From: Lama guanicoe
Taxonomy: Eukaryota
Length of the DNA: 64,000 nucleotides
Direction: 5' to 3'
Assembly (NCBI GenBank): GCA_013239625.1
Contig: MU053934.1
Coordinates: forward strand, 8,267,352 to 8,331,351
How positions within the stretch are numbered: position 1 is the stretch's first letter; each line of letters begins with the position of its first letter. The notes below the pieces were generated by a model. The model saw only the letters and a list, made by a program, of their open reading frames with translations, was not told where the DNA came from and ran no database searches. Below, one piece after another: positions 23,440 to 36,601 of this stretch. The position numbers and the translations under genes were made by a program.

Positions 23440-23835
23440 GCCGCAGGTCTGCTGCCCCCCACGGCCCCGTCACACCCAGAGCAAAGCCCTTCCCCGCAAC
23501 GCAGTTGTCCTGGGACCCGCACGGCATCTCTGCTCACCTCTGTCAAATCTCTTCTGAAATGTCAGCTCTTCATGAGGCCTCAGGGGGGCTCACTGCCCGT
23601 CCTCCTGCTAAGATTCCCATCCCCTGTTCTGTTTCTGTTTCCACCCTGTATGGCCGAAGCGCCTCCTGACCGGCTGTGCATTTTGTTCCTTTGTTCTGTC
23701 GTGACAAAGCCCGTCCACCTGGAAGCTCCTCGCCTCTAACCCCCGAGGCAGGGCTCTGTATCTGCTCACCTTCTGCTGTGGCCCCAGGGCCCGGCACATA
23801 GTAGGCCCTCAGCAAAAATGCGCCGAATGAGCGAA
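23440..23835 (+). mobile_element. L2 LINE 3' fragment
   Basis: ...gaggcagggctctgtatctgctcacc ... cccggcacatagtaggccctcagcaaaaatgcgccgaatgagcgaa. Confidence 0.7.
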
Positions 23836-25030
23836 CCAACCAGGATTCTGCGGAGACACCGGGCAGACCACGGGCAGGGAGCCAGGCCTGCTGCTCTCCG
23901 CTGTGCAAGCGTTTTTTTAAAAAAATATTTGTGTTTCATTTATCAGAAATCAAGGCCGTGTCAAGCATGGTAAGACATCTAAATTGGTCGATTAAAGCGT
24001 AGAGAAGAAAACGGTACTTTGCGGCAATTAAGCCACGGGGAGGCTGAGATATATTGGGGTCCCTTGTGCGGTTTTTGCAAATGGAGTTTCTGTTCATAGT
24101 GAGGCCGTCCCCCTCTTTATTTCATTGTTTCTGGGGGCTCTCTGCACTGCTCCTCCCCTGGGTTTCATGATATTGCTGTAGAAAGTGATTTCAATGAAAA
24201 TCGCACACCATTTGTTCTTGCGGGATTGGGAGCCGAGCTGTGCAGAGAGGATGGCTGGGGGGCCTGATGCGGCAGCACTGGGATCTGGGTGTTGAGGTTC
24301 CTCTTGCCTCCAGATAGGGGTGCTCGGGCTGGGGCAGAGGTTGAGTCCTGGGCCAGGGGCACCTGAGGTAACCAGCTCTCTGCCGAGGCCTCCTTCCCCC
24401 TGTCCTTCCCACCGACCCCTCCTCCAGTCCAGCTCCTTTGTCCTTCCAGCTGCTCCTGGCAGCAAGCGCATTCCTGCCCCAGGGCCTTCGCATTGGCTGG
24501 CCCCGCTTCCCAGGCAGTTCTGCTGCCCCCAGTCTCTCCGAGGCTGCCTTCCTCCTTCCTTCCCACCTTGGTTGATGTGTCGTTTACAAGAGGAAGCCTC
24601 TCTCAAGCACCCTTCACCTCTGACGCTTCCCACTTGCCTTCTTGGCTTCTTTTCCCTGAAGCGTTCATGGCTGTCTGCTGCCTCATACAGGCACCTGCTT
24701 ATTTGAGAGCAGTAAACAGACTCAAGAATTCTTCAAGTGGTGGGAGGTCAGAACTGAGGGCTGAGGGAGAGGGAGGGGCAGGGACCACCCCAGGTTTCTG
24801 GTTTGAGGAGCAGGGTGAGGGGTGGAAACATTCGCCCTGATGGGGAACCAAGGCAACACGTCCCTGACCAGCTGCAGGTTTCCCACGCGCACTGGTGCCT
24901 GCAGCGCCCCCACCGGGTCCCTGCCCCAGCTGGCCTGTCCCCAGTGCCCACCTGGCACTCAGCCTGGCCCCCCTCATCCTGTGGCTGGCCCAGACCTCCT
25001 GCAGCTCTCCCTTGGATACCCTTGGGTTGC

Positions 25031-25475
25031 TGTTATGGGTTGAACTGTGCCCCCCAGAATTCACATGTTGAAGTCTTAACCCCTAATACCTCAGAATGTG
25101 GTGCTCTATTTGGAAATAGGATTGTTGCAGAAATAATGAAGCTGAGGTCGCACTAGAGTGTGCCTAATCTAACATGACTGGTGTCCTAATAAAAGGGGGA
25201 CATTTGGACACAGACACATACAGGGAGAAGGCAGTGTGAACATGGGGACACAGATGGGGATGTGCCTACAAGCCAGCGAACGCCAAAGATCACCAGCACA
25301 CCCCCAGAAGCGGGGGGAGAGGCCTGGAACAGACCCGCCCAGAGCCCTCGGGAGGAACCGGTCCTGCGGAAACCTTGATCTCGGAGTCTGGCCTCCAGAC
25401 TGTGAGCGTATAAATGTCTGTTGTTCTTAAGCCCCCAGCCTGGTGCTTCGTTACAGCAGCCTGACACGCGGATAC
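25031..25475 (+). mobile_element. MaLR solo LTR (MLT1C-like)
   Basis: Starts tgttatgggttgaactgtg; tacctcagaatgtg ... catgactggtgtcct ... acaagccagcgaacgccaaagat ... ccttgatctcggagtctggcctccagactgtgag. Confidence 0.85.
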
Positions 25476-26399
25476 CGTTGCCGAGTTCCGACCGGCCGGC
25501 CCCCAGCCCTCACCCTGTGGCCCCGCTCGCAGCCCCACCCTGTCTGGAACTGTCTGTCTGGGAGGGACGTCCTCGCTCATCAAACAAGAAGTCAGCTCTC
25601 CCGTCCCTGGTTCCTCATTTGAAAAATTAGGGTGATAACACCCACCTCCCACGGCTGTCACGAGCCTTCAGTAAAGTGCAGCGGAAGCGCACCTGGTCCG
25701 TAGTACGGCTCGGTAATTGGTGGTGGCAGGAGTGTCCTGGTTATTTTTATTGTTGTTATTATTAACACTGTGATTGTCATTAGCTGTCAGTTGCCAGGTC
25801 TGAGCTGGCTGCCATGGAGACCAGAGAGCCTGGCAGGGGGTCCTCTGCCCACCACCATGTGCGGAAGAGGGACAGATGTGCGTGCATTCATGCAGAGTTA
25901 CTGTTGCCACCTCTGTGCCCAGAAGCATCTGTCCTCAAGGAGGGAGGCGCTGCCGCAGTGGCTGCAATGCAGCATGATCTGGGCTCTGATGCTAGGACCC
26001 TGATGTGCTGTGGGGGCCCAGCGGACACCTGATCTAGCCTGGGCAGGGTGGTGGATGCAGGGAAGGCTTCATGGAGGAGGTGACTTTTGAAAAAGGTACA
26101 AAAGGAAGGGAATCTGCACATCCTGGCTCCCAGCTCCAGCACCCACGTGCAGTGTGACTTCGGGCTGGCCCCTCACCTTCTCTGGGCCTCTGTGTCCCTG
26201 AATAAAAAATGCAGGCCTCCAAGTGCTCATCCTCCAGAAGAGTTTGGAGCTCACACCTAAGTCTCACCCCACCAGGCCCTACCCTGGGAGCCAGACCTCC
26301 CGCCAGGCGCTCGCTGCCTCATGGCCAACATTCTGGCCAGTTCCGAGAGCTGCCTGCCTGAGGATAAAAAGAGAAACTCCGAACAGACATCTGAAACAT

Positions 26400-27000
26400 T
26401 TCACGACTCCCTGCCCTGCTGCTCCAGTTGAAGAGAAAACAAACAGCCAATTCAATCTCGCTGAAGACCCACGCCCCGCTGGGCCGAGTCGGGACCGTCC
26501 AATAAACTCCCAGTTCTTTTATTCAATTTCGGCTCTGCGGCCGGCCACCTGCCTGTCCTTTTGCGCACTGAAATAGCGCGATAAACGGGGAAGCGGGAGC
26601 TGGGCAGATGTCGCCGTTTCTGAGTGGCCCCTCGCACGCCACCCGGGATTTTGTTGTCCCTGTTGGAAGACAGAATATCCCAGTCACGTGCAGTCTTTCT
26701 TTGCCGGCAGATTTAAGGCATCTTGTACACAGGAGCTGGAGGAGAAAGCAAGCCCCGATGCAGAGCACCTGTTCTGCTCCGAGAGCTGCCCCCTGTGCTG
26801 TGCCTGTGGTCCCTCCCCTCCCTGCTCCTGCTTCACAGACGTGGCCACGGTGCCGGGAGCTGAGCGAGCCCGCCCGGGAGGGGAGCCAGGGTGCGAAGTC
26901 GGGGCTTTGACTGTCAAACTTGCTGTAGACCAAGACAGAGTAAGATCTTAGGGGTGAGCCGCTTCAGGAAGCTGGCCGGGCTGGTGGGGGCCGAGGGGCG
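26400..27000. promoter_or_regulatory. Second CpG-rich cluster (orphan CpG island candidate)
   Basis: Raised CpG density in non-repeat sequence (gccgagtcgggaccgtcc, gcggccggcc, gcgcgataaacgg, gagcgagcccgcccggg). Confidence 0.45.
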
Positions 27001-27002
27001 TG

Positions 27003-27405
27003 CGATAAAGAGAAAAATTGCGTCAGGCGCTTGCTAAGAATGGCTCTATTCAAGGCTACTGCAACACGGGGCAAGAGACTGAAGTCAACTTCCGAATACG
27101 GCAAGGACAGCTAGGGGTTCCCAGCCAAGGCCCAGAGTGAGGGGGTCAGCGGACGGAAACTTACTAAGAGGAACTTGATTAAGTATCAAGGGAAGGGGAA
27201 TTCTTGCTAAACTGGCCCCAGAGGATTCTGGCTACAGGGTCAGGGACTTTGGTACCAAGGGTGGGGGATGAGGACATGGAGGAGGGGCATCCTTGATGAA
27301 CTGACTCAGCAGAACTCTTTGCTCAAACTGGGCTTGGCAGGTCAAGGTCAAAGAGAAGACACTCAGGAAGCCTGAGGAAAGTTTGCTCCAGGAGGGAGTC
27401 TGTCA
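27003..27405 (-). mobile_element. ERV1 solo LTR (MER31/MER67-like)
   Basis: aacttactaagagg ... gaattcttgctaaactg ... ctcaggaagcctgaggaaagtttgctccaggagggagtctgtca; the reverse starts TGACAGACTC like MER31-family LTRs. Confidence 0.7.
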
Positions 27406-28636
27406 TGAGGGGGTGGAGTGACAGTGTGAATATCCAGGCCTCCTGGGGGACTAGACAGGGCTTGGAGGTCCCGGGATGTGGCAACGGGGAGGCCGATGTC
27501 TGGGCTGGGAAGAAGGCGACTGGGCCGTGATTTGGCCCCCTGACTCGGTTTCTCCATCTGTCAGGTGGGGCCCCTTGTGCTGACTGTACCCACAGGGGAA
27601 CAGCGTCAGCCCAGAGAAGGGGCTGGGTAATGATGCCTTCCCCGCCGGGCCCCCTGCCCTGGAGCCTGGGGCTTTGTAAACCGAGCTTCCACACAACAGG
27701 CCCACCGCAGCCAATGTCATTTGGGGGAGAAAATTCCAACTGAGACAAAGACCCATGTTCTTTGCTACTGCAGCTCCCGGCCCCGCGGGGCCATCTCATT
27801 GGGCTGTTTACAGCTGGCAGCCAGCTGGGACCACAAGTGGGGAGGAATTCAGAGCTGGGGCCAGTGGGGCTTTTCATTCCGTGAGGATGTGTCCTCTCTG
27901 GGTTTTCCTGGGTGATGTGGCCATGGGCTGAGCTGCTGGCACCAATGGAGGCAGACAGATGCATGTGGGGACCAGATTTGTCCTCTAGGATCCCACCAAC
28001 CTCCGCTGTGACTCAGTTCCAGGACAGCTAGGGACTTTGGAATCAGCTTGGGCCCTGTGAGTAGATGTGCAAAGGGCAGGCCCCCGAGGCCATCGCCTGG
28101 AGGTCGGCAGGGCCCAAACCAGAGGGGAGAGGCTGCCTGGCTCTTGGCTGCGTGTCCCCGGTGCTGGGATGTGAGGCTGGCTCGCTGCCCTCATGCAGAG
28201 TAAGTTTATTCCCCCAGGGCAGTGACCCTGCCTGTGTCACCCTCAGATCTGTCCGACAATTCCCGAACAGCAGCTGTGTGCCAGGCAGGGGTGGGGCTCC
28301 GTGGTGCCAAGATAAATAGGTCTGGAACTCCGTACCCACAAGCTCCTCTCAGGGCTGGGCCCTGGCTGGCAGGGTCGACTGACTGTGTCACAGCGCCTGG
28401 GGACAGCTTCTGGGGAGTCCAGAACGTTTCCTGACCAGTTCAGGAAGCTGCTGCAGCACGTGGAAAGTGGACAGGCTCTGGAAGGATCCAGGCCTGGGCC
28501 CACATCCTGCCTGGACAAGTCACAGTCTTGGTTTCCCCACTGAAGGCAGAAATCTCGGTGCTGTTGGGGGGGACTGTTTCTGTAAGGGTGGCCTGGGAAG
28601 GGAGCTATAAATTCTGGAATTATGGTGAGTCACCAG

Positions 28637-28950
28637 CGTCCGGGCTGAACTGTGTCATCTCCCAAATCCGTATGCGGGAGTCCTAACCCCCAGGCTGCAG
28701 CGGGCGGCTGTGTTTGGAGAGGGGGCCTTTACAGAGGTGACTAAGTTAACATGAGGTCATTAGGGGGCCCCAAACCAATAGGACAAGTGTCCTTATAAGA
28801 CGAGGAGACCAGGACGACAGCGTGAAGACACGAAGAGAGACGCTTGGAAGAAACCAACCTTGCTGATACCTTGATCTTGAATTTCAAGCTGCCAGGACGA
28901 CGAGCAAGTACATGCGTGCGGTCGAGGCCGCTCCGTCTGCACCAGCCCCA
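28637..28950 (+). mobile_element. MaLR solo LTR (MLT1A/B-like)
   Basis: gtcctaacccccag ... gcctttacagaggtgactaagttaacatgaggtcattagg ... gtgtccttataaga ... gaaaccaaccttgctgataccttgatcttg. Confidence 0.8.
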
Positions 28951-29974
28951 GCCGACGGGCCCGACCACACCGATGTTACAAGAGTGAAATGAAATGAAGG
29001 TCAGAGCCTCTCGGTTTTGAATCCATCTACCACCGGTACCCACTGTGGGACCCTCACTGGCACTGGTGGCGCCCCCGGCCCCTTAGGGCCAGCCTGAGCT
29101 GGGCCAAAACAGTTCTTACTCAGAGGGTCCCAAATGCTTTGCTCAAAGGAAATCTTTGAGAGACTTCCACTGCCGACAGGGGCGAAGCTGGAGATTATGA
29201 CAACTAGGCCCTGCCTCCACCTCCGGGGGCCGTTCGTGGGGAGGCTCTGGGCCCAGAGATGTTTGCCATGGTCATGATGGTAGCAAATCATTCAGCGAAA
29301 CATTTAAGTCAGACATGCGGGTCGGTTCAATAGTGTCTAAAGTCACTTCAACTCAGTCTGTCTGAGAATGACCGAGGGGAAGTGGGATGAGCTTCTGGGA
29401 TGGCTGTATAAGGCCTGGCTCCGAGAAACACTCTTTATAGATTATCTTGTTTATTTTGCAGATCATCCTAAATAAGATAGATATTTTTATCCCTGTTTTA
29501 TGAGGCTAAAAAGCCTGCCCACGACCACATGGCCAGTTTGTAGGAGAGCCGGGGTTAAGCCAGATGAGAATGGAAAGCAAGTTTTAAAAGGGAAGAGAAG
29601 TGAGCCCAAGACGGTGGCTGGAGAGGGACGCGCCCTAAGGGCACCCCTGATGGAGAGGACGCCTTCTCCCTCACGCCCCTTCAATGCTCCTTTGCTATTC
29701 CATGTACAAGAGAAGAAAGCAAAAGTCTTGTTGTCTGATCACCAAGGCCTGGTCCGTGCCCTTCCTGTGGGCACCTGCTGGTTGACGGCCTGGTGTCCAG
29801 AAGGCAGACACTGCCCCTCTGTCTCTTTCCCTCCCAGCACCCAGCACGGGTTCCGTACAACAGGTGACCGTGACTGCGAACCCTGACATCTTGGGTCGTA
29901 TACCAACCCAGCTCTGCCATCCACCTCCCCACCCTCCCACCTCCCTGCCCAATATCTGCGGCAAATGCTATGAT

Positions 29975-30040
29975 CAGACCCATTTCACAGATAAAGAGAT
30001 CGAGGTCCAGGGAGGTTCAGTGACTTGCCCAAGGTAAACG
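29975..30040 (-). mobile_element. MIR fragment
   Basis: cccatttcacagataaagagatcgaggtccagggaggttcagtgacttgcccaaggt. Confidence 0.75.
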
Positions 30041-31812
30041 CCTGGAGGTGGGGACACAAGGATCCACCCATGGCACTTTGGGCCCCCATGGTGACCTGAT
30101 TGACCACTGGGCAGCCCTGCCTTCAGTACACATGTTGAGTGAGGCAGACTCCACCTGGAGCCTGGCTCAGCGTGGGTGTCCTGTGAATGGCTGACAAATG
30201 ACCTGCAGGTCTGAGAGCCTCCAGGTGTGGCAAGTCTCCCTGGCCCTCCTGTCCCTCCTTGGCTGGCGCAGCCATGTTAGGGAGCCTCCAGTCTGTGAGC
30301 CCAAGGGCTCTGAGGAGCAGGCGCAGGCCCACACCCAGGACATGAAGTCCCTCTGTCCAGGACAGCTCCAGCCCTCTGGAAGGGGAAGGGCCAGCCCGCT
30401 GGCTCAGGATGCAGCCCAGCAGTAACGAGGGTTCCCTGCAGAGCAGGTTGGCGGCGCCGCCTGGACATCACCCAGCATCCTTCCAGGGTGTTCTGGAATC
30501 CCACTGGGCTCCCTGGCTGACGTGCTGTGAGTCAGCGCTCCCGCCCAACACCTGCTCTGGGCTGGCCCACGGATAGAGCCACCGCGCATCGCAGGAGGGA
30601 CGGGGTGTGTGAGGGCACCTGGAGCCCCTGACCTGGAAGCATCCTTAGTCACATGGCCCTGACTCACTGCTCCATTTCACAGATGAGGAGAATGAGGCCC
30701 AGAGGAGGAGGTGACCTGCCTCAGGCCTGCCCTCGATGCTGCCTGTCAATCATGTGCTCCCCATGTCCCGCCCCTGTTCATGATTGCAGGGGTGGGGCCA
30801 CCACATCCCACCTCCTGTGGGGGGCCTGGCCTGGTCTGAGGAAGGAGGAACTGGGTCAGGCCCCTTGGCCTCTGGCATGGGGAACAGGGACACGTGAAGC
30901 CTCCCGAAGCCGCAGGAGAGGTAGGGAGGGGGCTTCCCACCAGGGAACCAATCCCCAGAGATGCAGCTGCTGCCCTCTGTCCCCCAAGGTCATGGCTCCC
31001 TGGCACAGGATGGGCCAGGGCTCCACTTCGTGGGGCATTGGCCCCTCACCAACGCACTCATTCAGCTGATATTTTTGGAGCCTCACTGCGCCCCGCGCCC
31101 TGTCCAGCAGGACATGTCTGCCTTCTAGATCTTGTATGGGAGCAGTGATCTCCAGGCCCAGTGGTAAATGTGGAGATGGGGGAGCACACTGTGACAAGGG
31201 AGCCTGGGGTGGTGGTGGTGGAGGGGGAGCCCATTTTACAGATGAGAAAACTGAGATTTGGAAAGGCTAGCTGGTACATTTCAGGGCTGGGACTTCAACA
31301 AAGCCAGCACCTCGGACTGCATACCAAATGAGCCTTCCCAGTGTCACACATACCAGAACCACTGCCACTCCCCTCCCTGCACCAGTGGAGAGTCATCCCT
31401 GGCTCCGCTGGGACCCCTGGTCCACAGCCAGCCCCCAGGGCTCCCTTCCCATAAGCCCCACCCCTGCCCCCGGGAACGATCGGCATCTGGGGAGGGAAAG
31501 CCGGAACACCTCTGGGGCAGGGTAGTTGTCAATAAAAACCCGACCTTCAATTGTTCCTTGGGCTGATGGATAGAGATAATTGGGTGCTGACCGGGGTGCC
31601 TCCCAGGAGTGGCGCAGTGTGGGAGCGGTGGGGAGTTGGGGTGGTCTGGGCAACTGGCCCGGGCTCTTTCAGCCCATGGGGACATTTAGCAGCTGCTTCC
31701 AACCTGATTAATTCCTCAGTGCCTTGGTGGGACCTGGAGGCCCAGGCAGCAGCTGGGGAGCTTCTCGATCTGTCTGGGTGGAGTGTGCTCGGTGGAGAGG
31801 CGTCTCGAAGGA

Positions 31813-31834
31813 GTGTGTGTGTGTGTGTGTGTGT
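31813..31834. repeat. (GT)n microsatellite
   Basis: About 11 GT units. Confidence 0.9.
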
Positions 31835-32059
31835 CCGCGTGCACTGGGGCACAGGGAATGCTGGGGTTGGGACAAATCTCCTTCCTCCTCCCCAGAAGGG
31901 CTTTGGGAGGCCGGGACCACTGAGATGGAAGTCTTCCTCGGGCGGCACTGGACAGATGTGCTTGGGCAAAGTTCAGCTGCTCACTTCCGGCAGGGGCAGC
32001 GGCCAGCACCCATTCGGGCCCCTTCCAGGCTCAGCCAGCACCGCCTGCAGCCCAGCGTG

Positions 32060-32470
32060 GAGTGCCTCCCGCAGTCTGCTGCCCCCACTGGACTTGCCAG
32101 CCGGCCTCTGCCCTCACTGTTCCCTCTGCTTGGATGACCCACAGTCAACTTTTAGCTCTTCTTTCCAAAGGCAGCTATGTACCCAGGCACATCAGCAGCC
32201 CAGAAGAGCGCCTCCTGCAGATGTGCACCCATGTGGCAGCTTCCTGAGAGGCCTCCTGGCTCACTCTGCACCCCTGCCTGCTTTGTGGTTATTACCTCTC
32301 ACAGCACTTACTGTCACCTGTTGTTTGGTTCTTTATTGCCAGCCCCCTCCCCCCGGATGCTAACTGCAGGGCAGAGAATTGTATCCCTTTTGTTCCACTG
32401 CTGTGTCCCCAGTGCCTAGAAGAGGGTGGGCACATTGTATGTGCTCTGTAGTTACTGGACAAGTGGGTAA
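32060..32470 (+). mobile_element. L2 LINE 3' fragment
   Basis: ctcactgttccctctgcttggatg ... ttgttccactgctgtgtccccagtgcctagaagagg. Confidence 0.65.
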
Positions 32471-34329
32471 GTAGAACAAGATGACTGTGAGCCCCACACT
32501 GTCCTCCTAGCAAGGCAGACAGGCCAGGACGGAGAAGCCCATCCTGACAGTAGGAGGAACTGAGGCTCAAAAAAAGGGACTTGTCTGAGGTCACATAAAA
32601 AATAAGGGATGGGGCAGGCTGGAGCCCAGATCTGAGCCTGCCAAGGCCAGGGAACCCTCACATAGTCATTCAACAAACATTCATGGAGCACCCATCATGT
32701 GGCGGATGCGGGGCTAGTCGGAGGGACAGGATGGTGAACCCATTCTTTGCAGCCACCTCTCACTCGAGCTCCCTCTGTCCTGCAGCCCCTGCCCTGTGGG
32801 GATCTTAGCTCCACTGCAGAGGAAGCCTGGGTGGTCAGAGGGGTGTGGCATTTGCTGGGCTCTAAGTGATCTGGAGAGAGGAGGCGAGGGAGAATCCTGC
32901 CTCTGGCACAGCCCTCCCTGGGTCTGAGAAAGCAGTGGGGATGCTAAGAATGTGGCCTGGTGAGGAGTGGGTGGGCACAGCCAGGAGCCTGGGAGATTGC
33001 CTTGGGAATAGCCTTGGGACATGCATGGTGACCCAGTTAGAGCCAGCTGCAGGGGAAACAGATGGGCTGGGACCTGGGGAGCACTTCCTGCGAAAACACA
33101 GCCTTACCACACCACAAGGCCCGCTGGAACGGAGTGGTTGGTCCCAGGTGCCTTTGGACCCAGGAGATACTGGTCTCACCACGGTCATTGTTAGACAAAT
33201 TCACATTTCTTTCATTAATTTATTTCCTCAGTGACCTGTGAGCATCTCAGTACCAGGTAATGCCGGGAACACAGAGCGCCCCGCTGGTGGGGGATGGGGA
33301 CAAGGACATGATGCCCACAGGGTGGTCAGGGCTATCATGGGGGATGCACATGGAGACGGTCTGGGCGTCCAGAGGGGAGCCTGCAGGAGTCTGGTGTTGA
33401 TGAGTGTGTGCCCAGCATCTCCAAGGGACAAACAATCTGCATTCTATGCACTCCCCCTCCCTGCCCTAATAAATCACCACGACCGCATCCCTCTCAATCC
33501 ATCTTCTGCCACCTCTCCTGCCACCAGCTGAGCTGAGGTCAGCATTGCCTCTTGCCTACTGTCCTTCCTGATCTCCTAGCAAAGCGGTAAGTGAGATAAA
33601 ATGTAAGGAACATCAGTTTAAAGGCATGAGAGAGCTACAGAGGCAGCCAGGACTGAAGGGGCCAAATCCCACAGAGAAGGGAAACTCATGAAGGCAAAAC
33701 GGATGGGCTACCCTGATTTTCCCCAGAGACATCTGCCAATTTGTAGGCAGCTGTTCTAAGGGGCTGAAGAGCCAAGAGAAAAACAAAACGCTGAAAGTGG
33801 CAGCTGATCAGAGCTTTTAGAAACCTCATGGGGCTGGGAAGGCAGAACTTGGAGTTGAGGGCTGTCAGTGCATCCAGGGCTTGAGGATCTAAATTCCAGG
33901 AGAGGAGAAGCCCCGAGCTGTGAGCCCACGTCTGTCTCCCCTTTGGGAAACTTGCCGATTCCTGAGCAGAATGCATCTAGCAGAGAGTGGCTGCTAAGAG
34001 ACGGAGAATCTAAGCAGAACTTTCAGCAGATTTATGATCATAAGAGAACAAATGTTGGAGTTCAGGGACCATAGAGGAGGAGTGTTCACACAGCTGGACC
34101 TCTGAAGGTGGCCGTGTCCTAGGAATGAGGGTAAGTCAGTGATAAAGACGGCCTGAGAAAGACTGAGACCCAGCAGAGAATCAGCTCAGGTCCTGACTGG
34201 ATTAATGTTCTCTCTCCATAACCTAAATCCAGAACCTCAAGTAAACTCTCTCAAGAGGATTATAATGTTATACAGAGACTCTACACGTTTGTACTTGATG
34301 TTCAGTGTTCATTTAAAAATTCCCAGGCA

Positions 34330-34502
34330 AAATGTTAGCCACTATATATAAAAATAGATGAAAAAAACAAACTTCTGCTGTACAGCACAGGGAACTATAT
34401 TCAATATCTTGTAATAACCTTTAATGAAAAAGAATATGAAAATGAACATATGTATACATATGCATGACTGGGACACTGTGCTGCACACCAGAAACTGACA
34501 AA
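34330..34502 (+). mobile_element. Young camelid-type L1 3' UTR fragment nested in the old L1
   Basis: ctgtacagcacagggaactatattcaatatcttgtaataacctttaatgaaaaagaatatg ... atgactgggacactgtgctgcacaccagaaactgaca. Confidence 0.8.
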
Positions 34503-36514
34503 GTCCATAGTGCAGTGCAGAGGGATGAAAGAAGGAACAACACAGAAGAGATGACAAAAGACATGAGAGTTGCTTCAAAGATCTGACATACGTGTAACTG
34601 CAATCTCAGGAGGGGGAAGAGGAAGTGAATTAGGCAGAAACAACACTTGACAAGATAATTTCCAAGAATTTTCCAAATTTGATGAACGACCTCAAACCAA
34701 GATTCGAGAAGCTTCATGAGTCCCCTAATTGCCCCTAACACATTGTTGAAAAACTTCTGAAAACCAAAGACAAGGAGAAAGGCTTACACACATCCACAGA
34801 GAAGACACGTGACTTTCAAGGGAACAACAGTAAGACCGGCAGGTGACCTCTCAGCCAAAATGATGCAGAGCAGGAGGCAGTGGAACAGCATCCTCCATTA
34901 AAGTGCTGACAGAAAAATAAACGCCAGCTAAGAATTACAGACCTTATGAAAATACCGTTCAAAAATTAACATGAAATAGAGATCTTTTTGTAAAAACACG
35001 ACTCAGAGAATTTACTCCCAGTAGATTTTCTAGAAAAGAAATACTATAAAAGAAGTACTGCAGGCAGAAGAAAACTGACTTCAGGCAGAAATACTACGAT
35101 TTAGGCAGGAAGGAAAAGCTGAAGAAGGGGTAAATGTGTGACTGTGCAGAACAGCAGGAAAATGAGGAAAATACACAGAAAGGGTAAATAAAGTTAAAAT
35201 GCTTTGAAGCCCTTGCAGTTTTTGCATTTTCTCAGAAGTGGTAAAAATAGTCACTTAAATTACACCGTAACACATCAAAGATGCAGGGTGTTCCCTCTAG
35301 AGTAACCACTGAAAGAGTAATTAAAGGATGTATGACCAGCAAGCTACGGGAAAGGGGAAACTGAATAATAAAAAATTTTTTATTTTTTAAAAACAGAGAC
35401 AGTGAGTGAAGGAGTAGAAAACAGGTGGGATAAACAAAAAATAAATACTTTCCTTAAAAGACATAGATCATCTCTCTTAAATTGGTTTAATTTTAACACA
35501 ACCATATGCTTCTCAGAAGAGACATCTTAAATAAAAGGACTTATATGATGGGCTGAAAGTAAGGGACAGAAAAAGATTGTGCAAACTCTAACGAAGCGAG
35601 TGGGCTTGGTTGAAAGAACATCAGGCAAAGTAGACTTCAAGGCAAAAAATCATAAACAGAGGTGGAGAGGGGCAATTAACCAAGAAGAGAAACCATTCTA
35701 AATTTGTATGGACTTCGTAACTTAGTTTCAGAATAAATAAAGCAAAAAATGGACAGAAGTAAAAGAGGAGGGGGACACAGCAGCGATCACGTGGGGCAAC
35801 AACGCATTTCTCTTGGCAACGGACAGAATGAGGAGGCAAAACCTTAGGGTGCAGAAAATTTAGACAATCTGGTGAATAAACCTGATCTACTCACACACAG
35901 AGAACATTATAAAATATAAGCAGCAAAATTCATATTCTTATCAAGTGCATCTGGAACGTTTACCATAATAGATTGCGTGCCAGGCCATAAAGCACATCTC
36001 AACAAATTTCAGTTAATTAGGATCGTATGTTCTTTGACTACAGGGAGATTTTAGTGAAATCAAAAGCAAAAAGGCAACTAGAGTATTGCCACCATCTGTA
36101 AATCAGTAAACGCACTTCTAAAGTCAATGAGGCAGACAAAAAATCACGATGAAAATGAGAAAATATTTTGCAATGGACAATAAAATAACGAAGCGTCAAA
36201 GTAAAGGATGAACGTACGGCAGTGCTTAGAGGGAAACTGATGGTCTCAAAACTTAAATTTAAGAGAAAGAAAGCTGAAAAGAAATTATTTCAAGAGGCAG
36301 GAAAAAAAGTTCCAACAAAACAAAGTAAACTCAAAGACTAAGAGGAAAGAAATAAGAGAGGGAAAGATCTTAAATAATAAAATAGAACATAAACAGGTTA
36401 AGAGTGAAGATCCACGAAATATTAAGTTTGTCTTTCAAATGCACAATAAAACTGGTAAATCCCAGCATGACCGCTCAGGAAAAGAGAAAACAGTATCAAG
36501 AATAAAAAGCTGAC

Positions 36515-36601
36515 CGTGTGTGTGTGTGTGCACGTGACTGGGACATCGTGCCACACACCAGAAACCGACACATTGTAACTGTACTTCAATTTTAACAAAA
36601 G
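36515..36601 (+). mobile_element. Very short 5'-truncated young L1 3' end with 15-bp target-site duplication
   Basis: tgactgggacatcgtgccacacaccagaaaccgacacattgtaactgtacttcaat plus A-rich tail, flanked by gaataaaaagctgac at 36500-36514 and 36602-36616. Confidence 0.85.

Noticed and set aside
31551..32363. 270-aa ORF
   Set aside because: Crosses a (GT)n repeat and an L2 relic; no recognisable domain.
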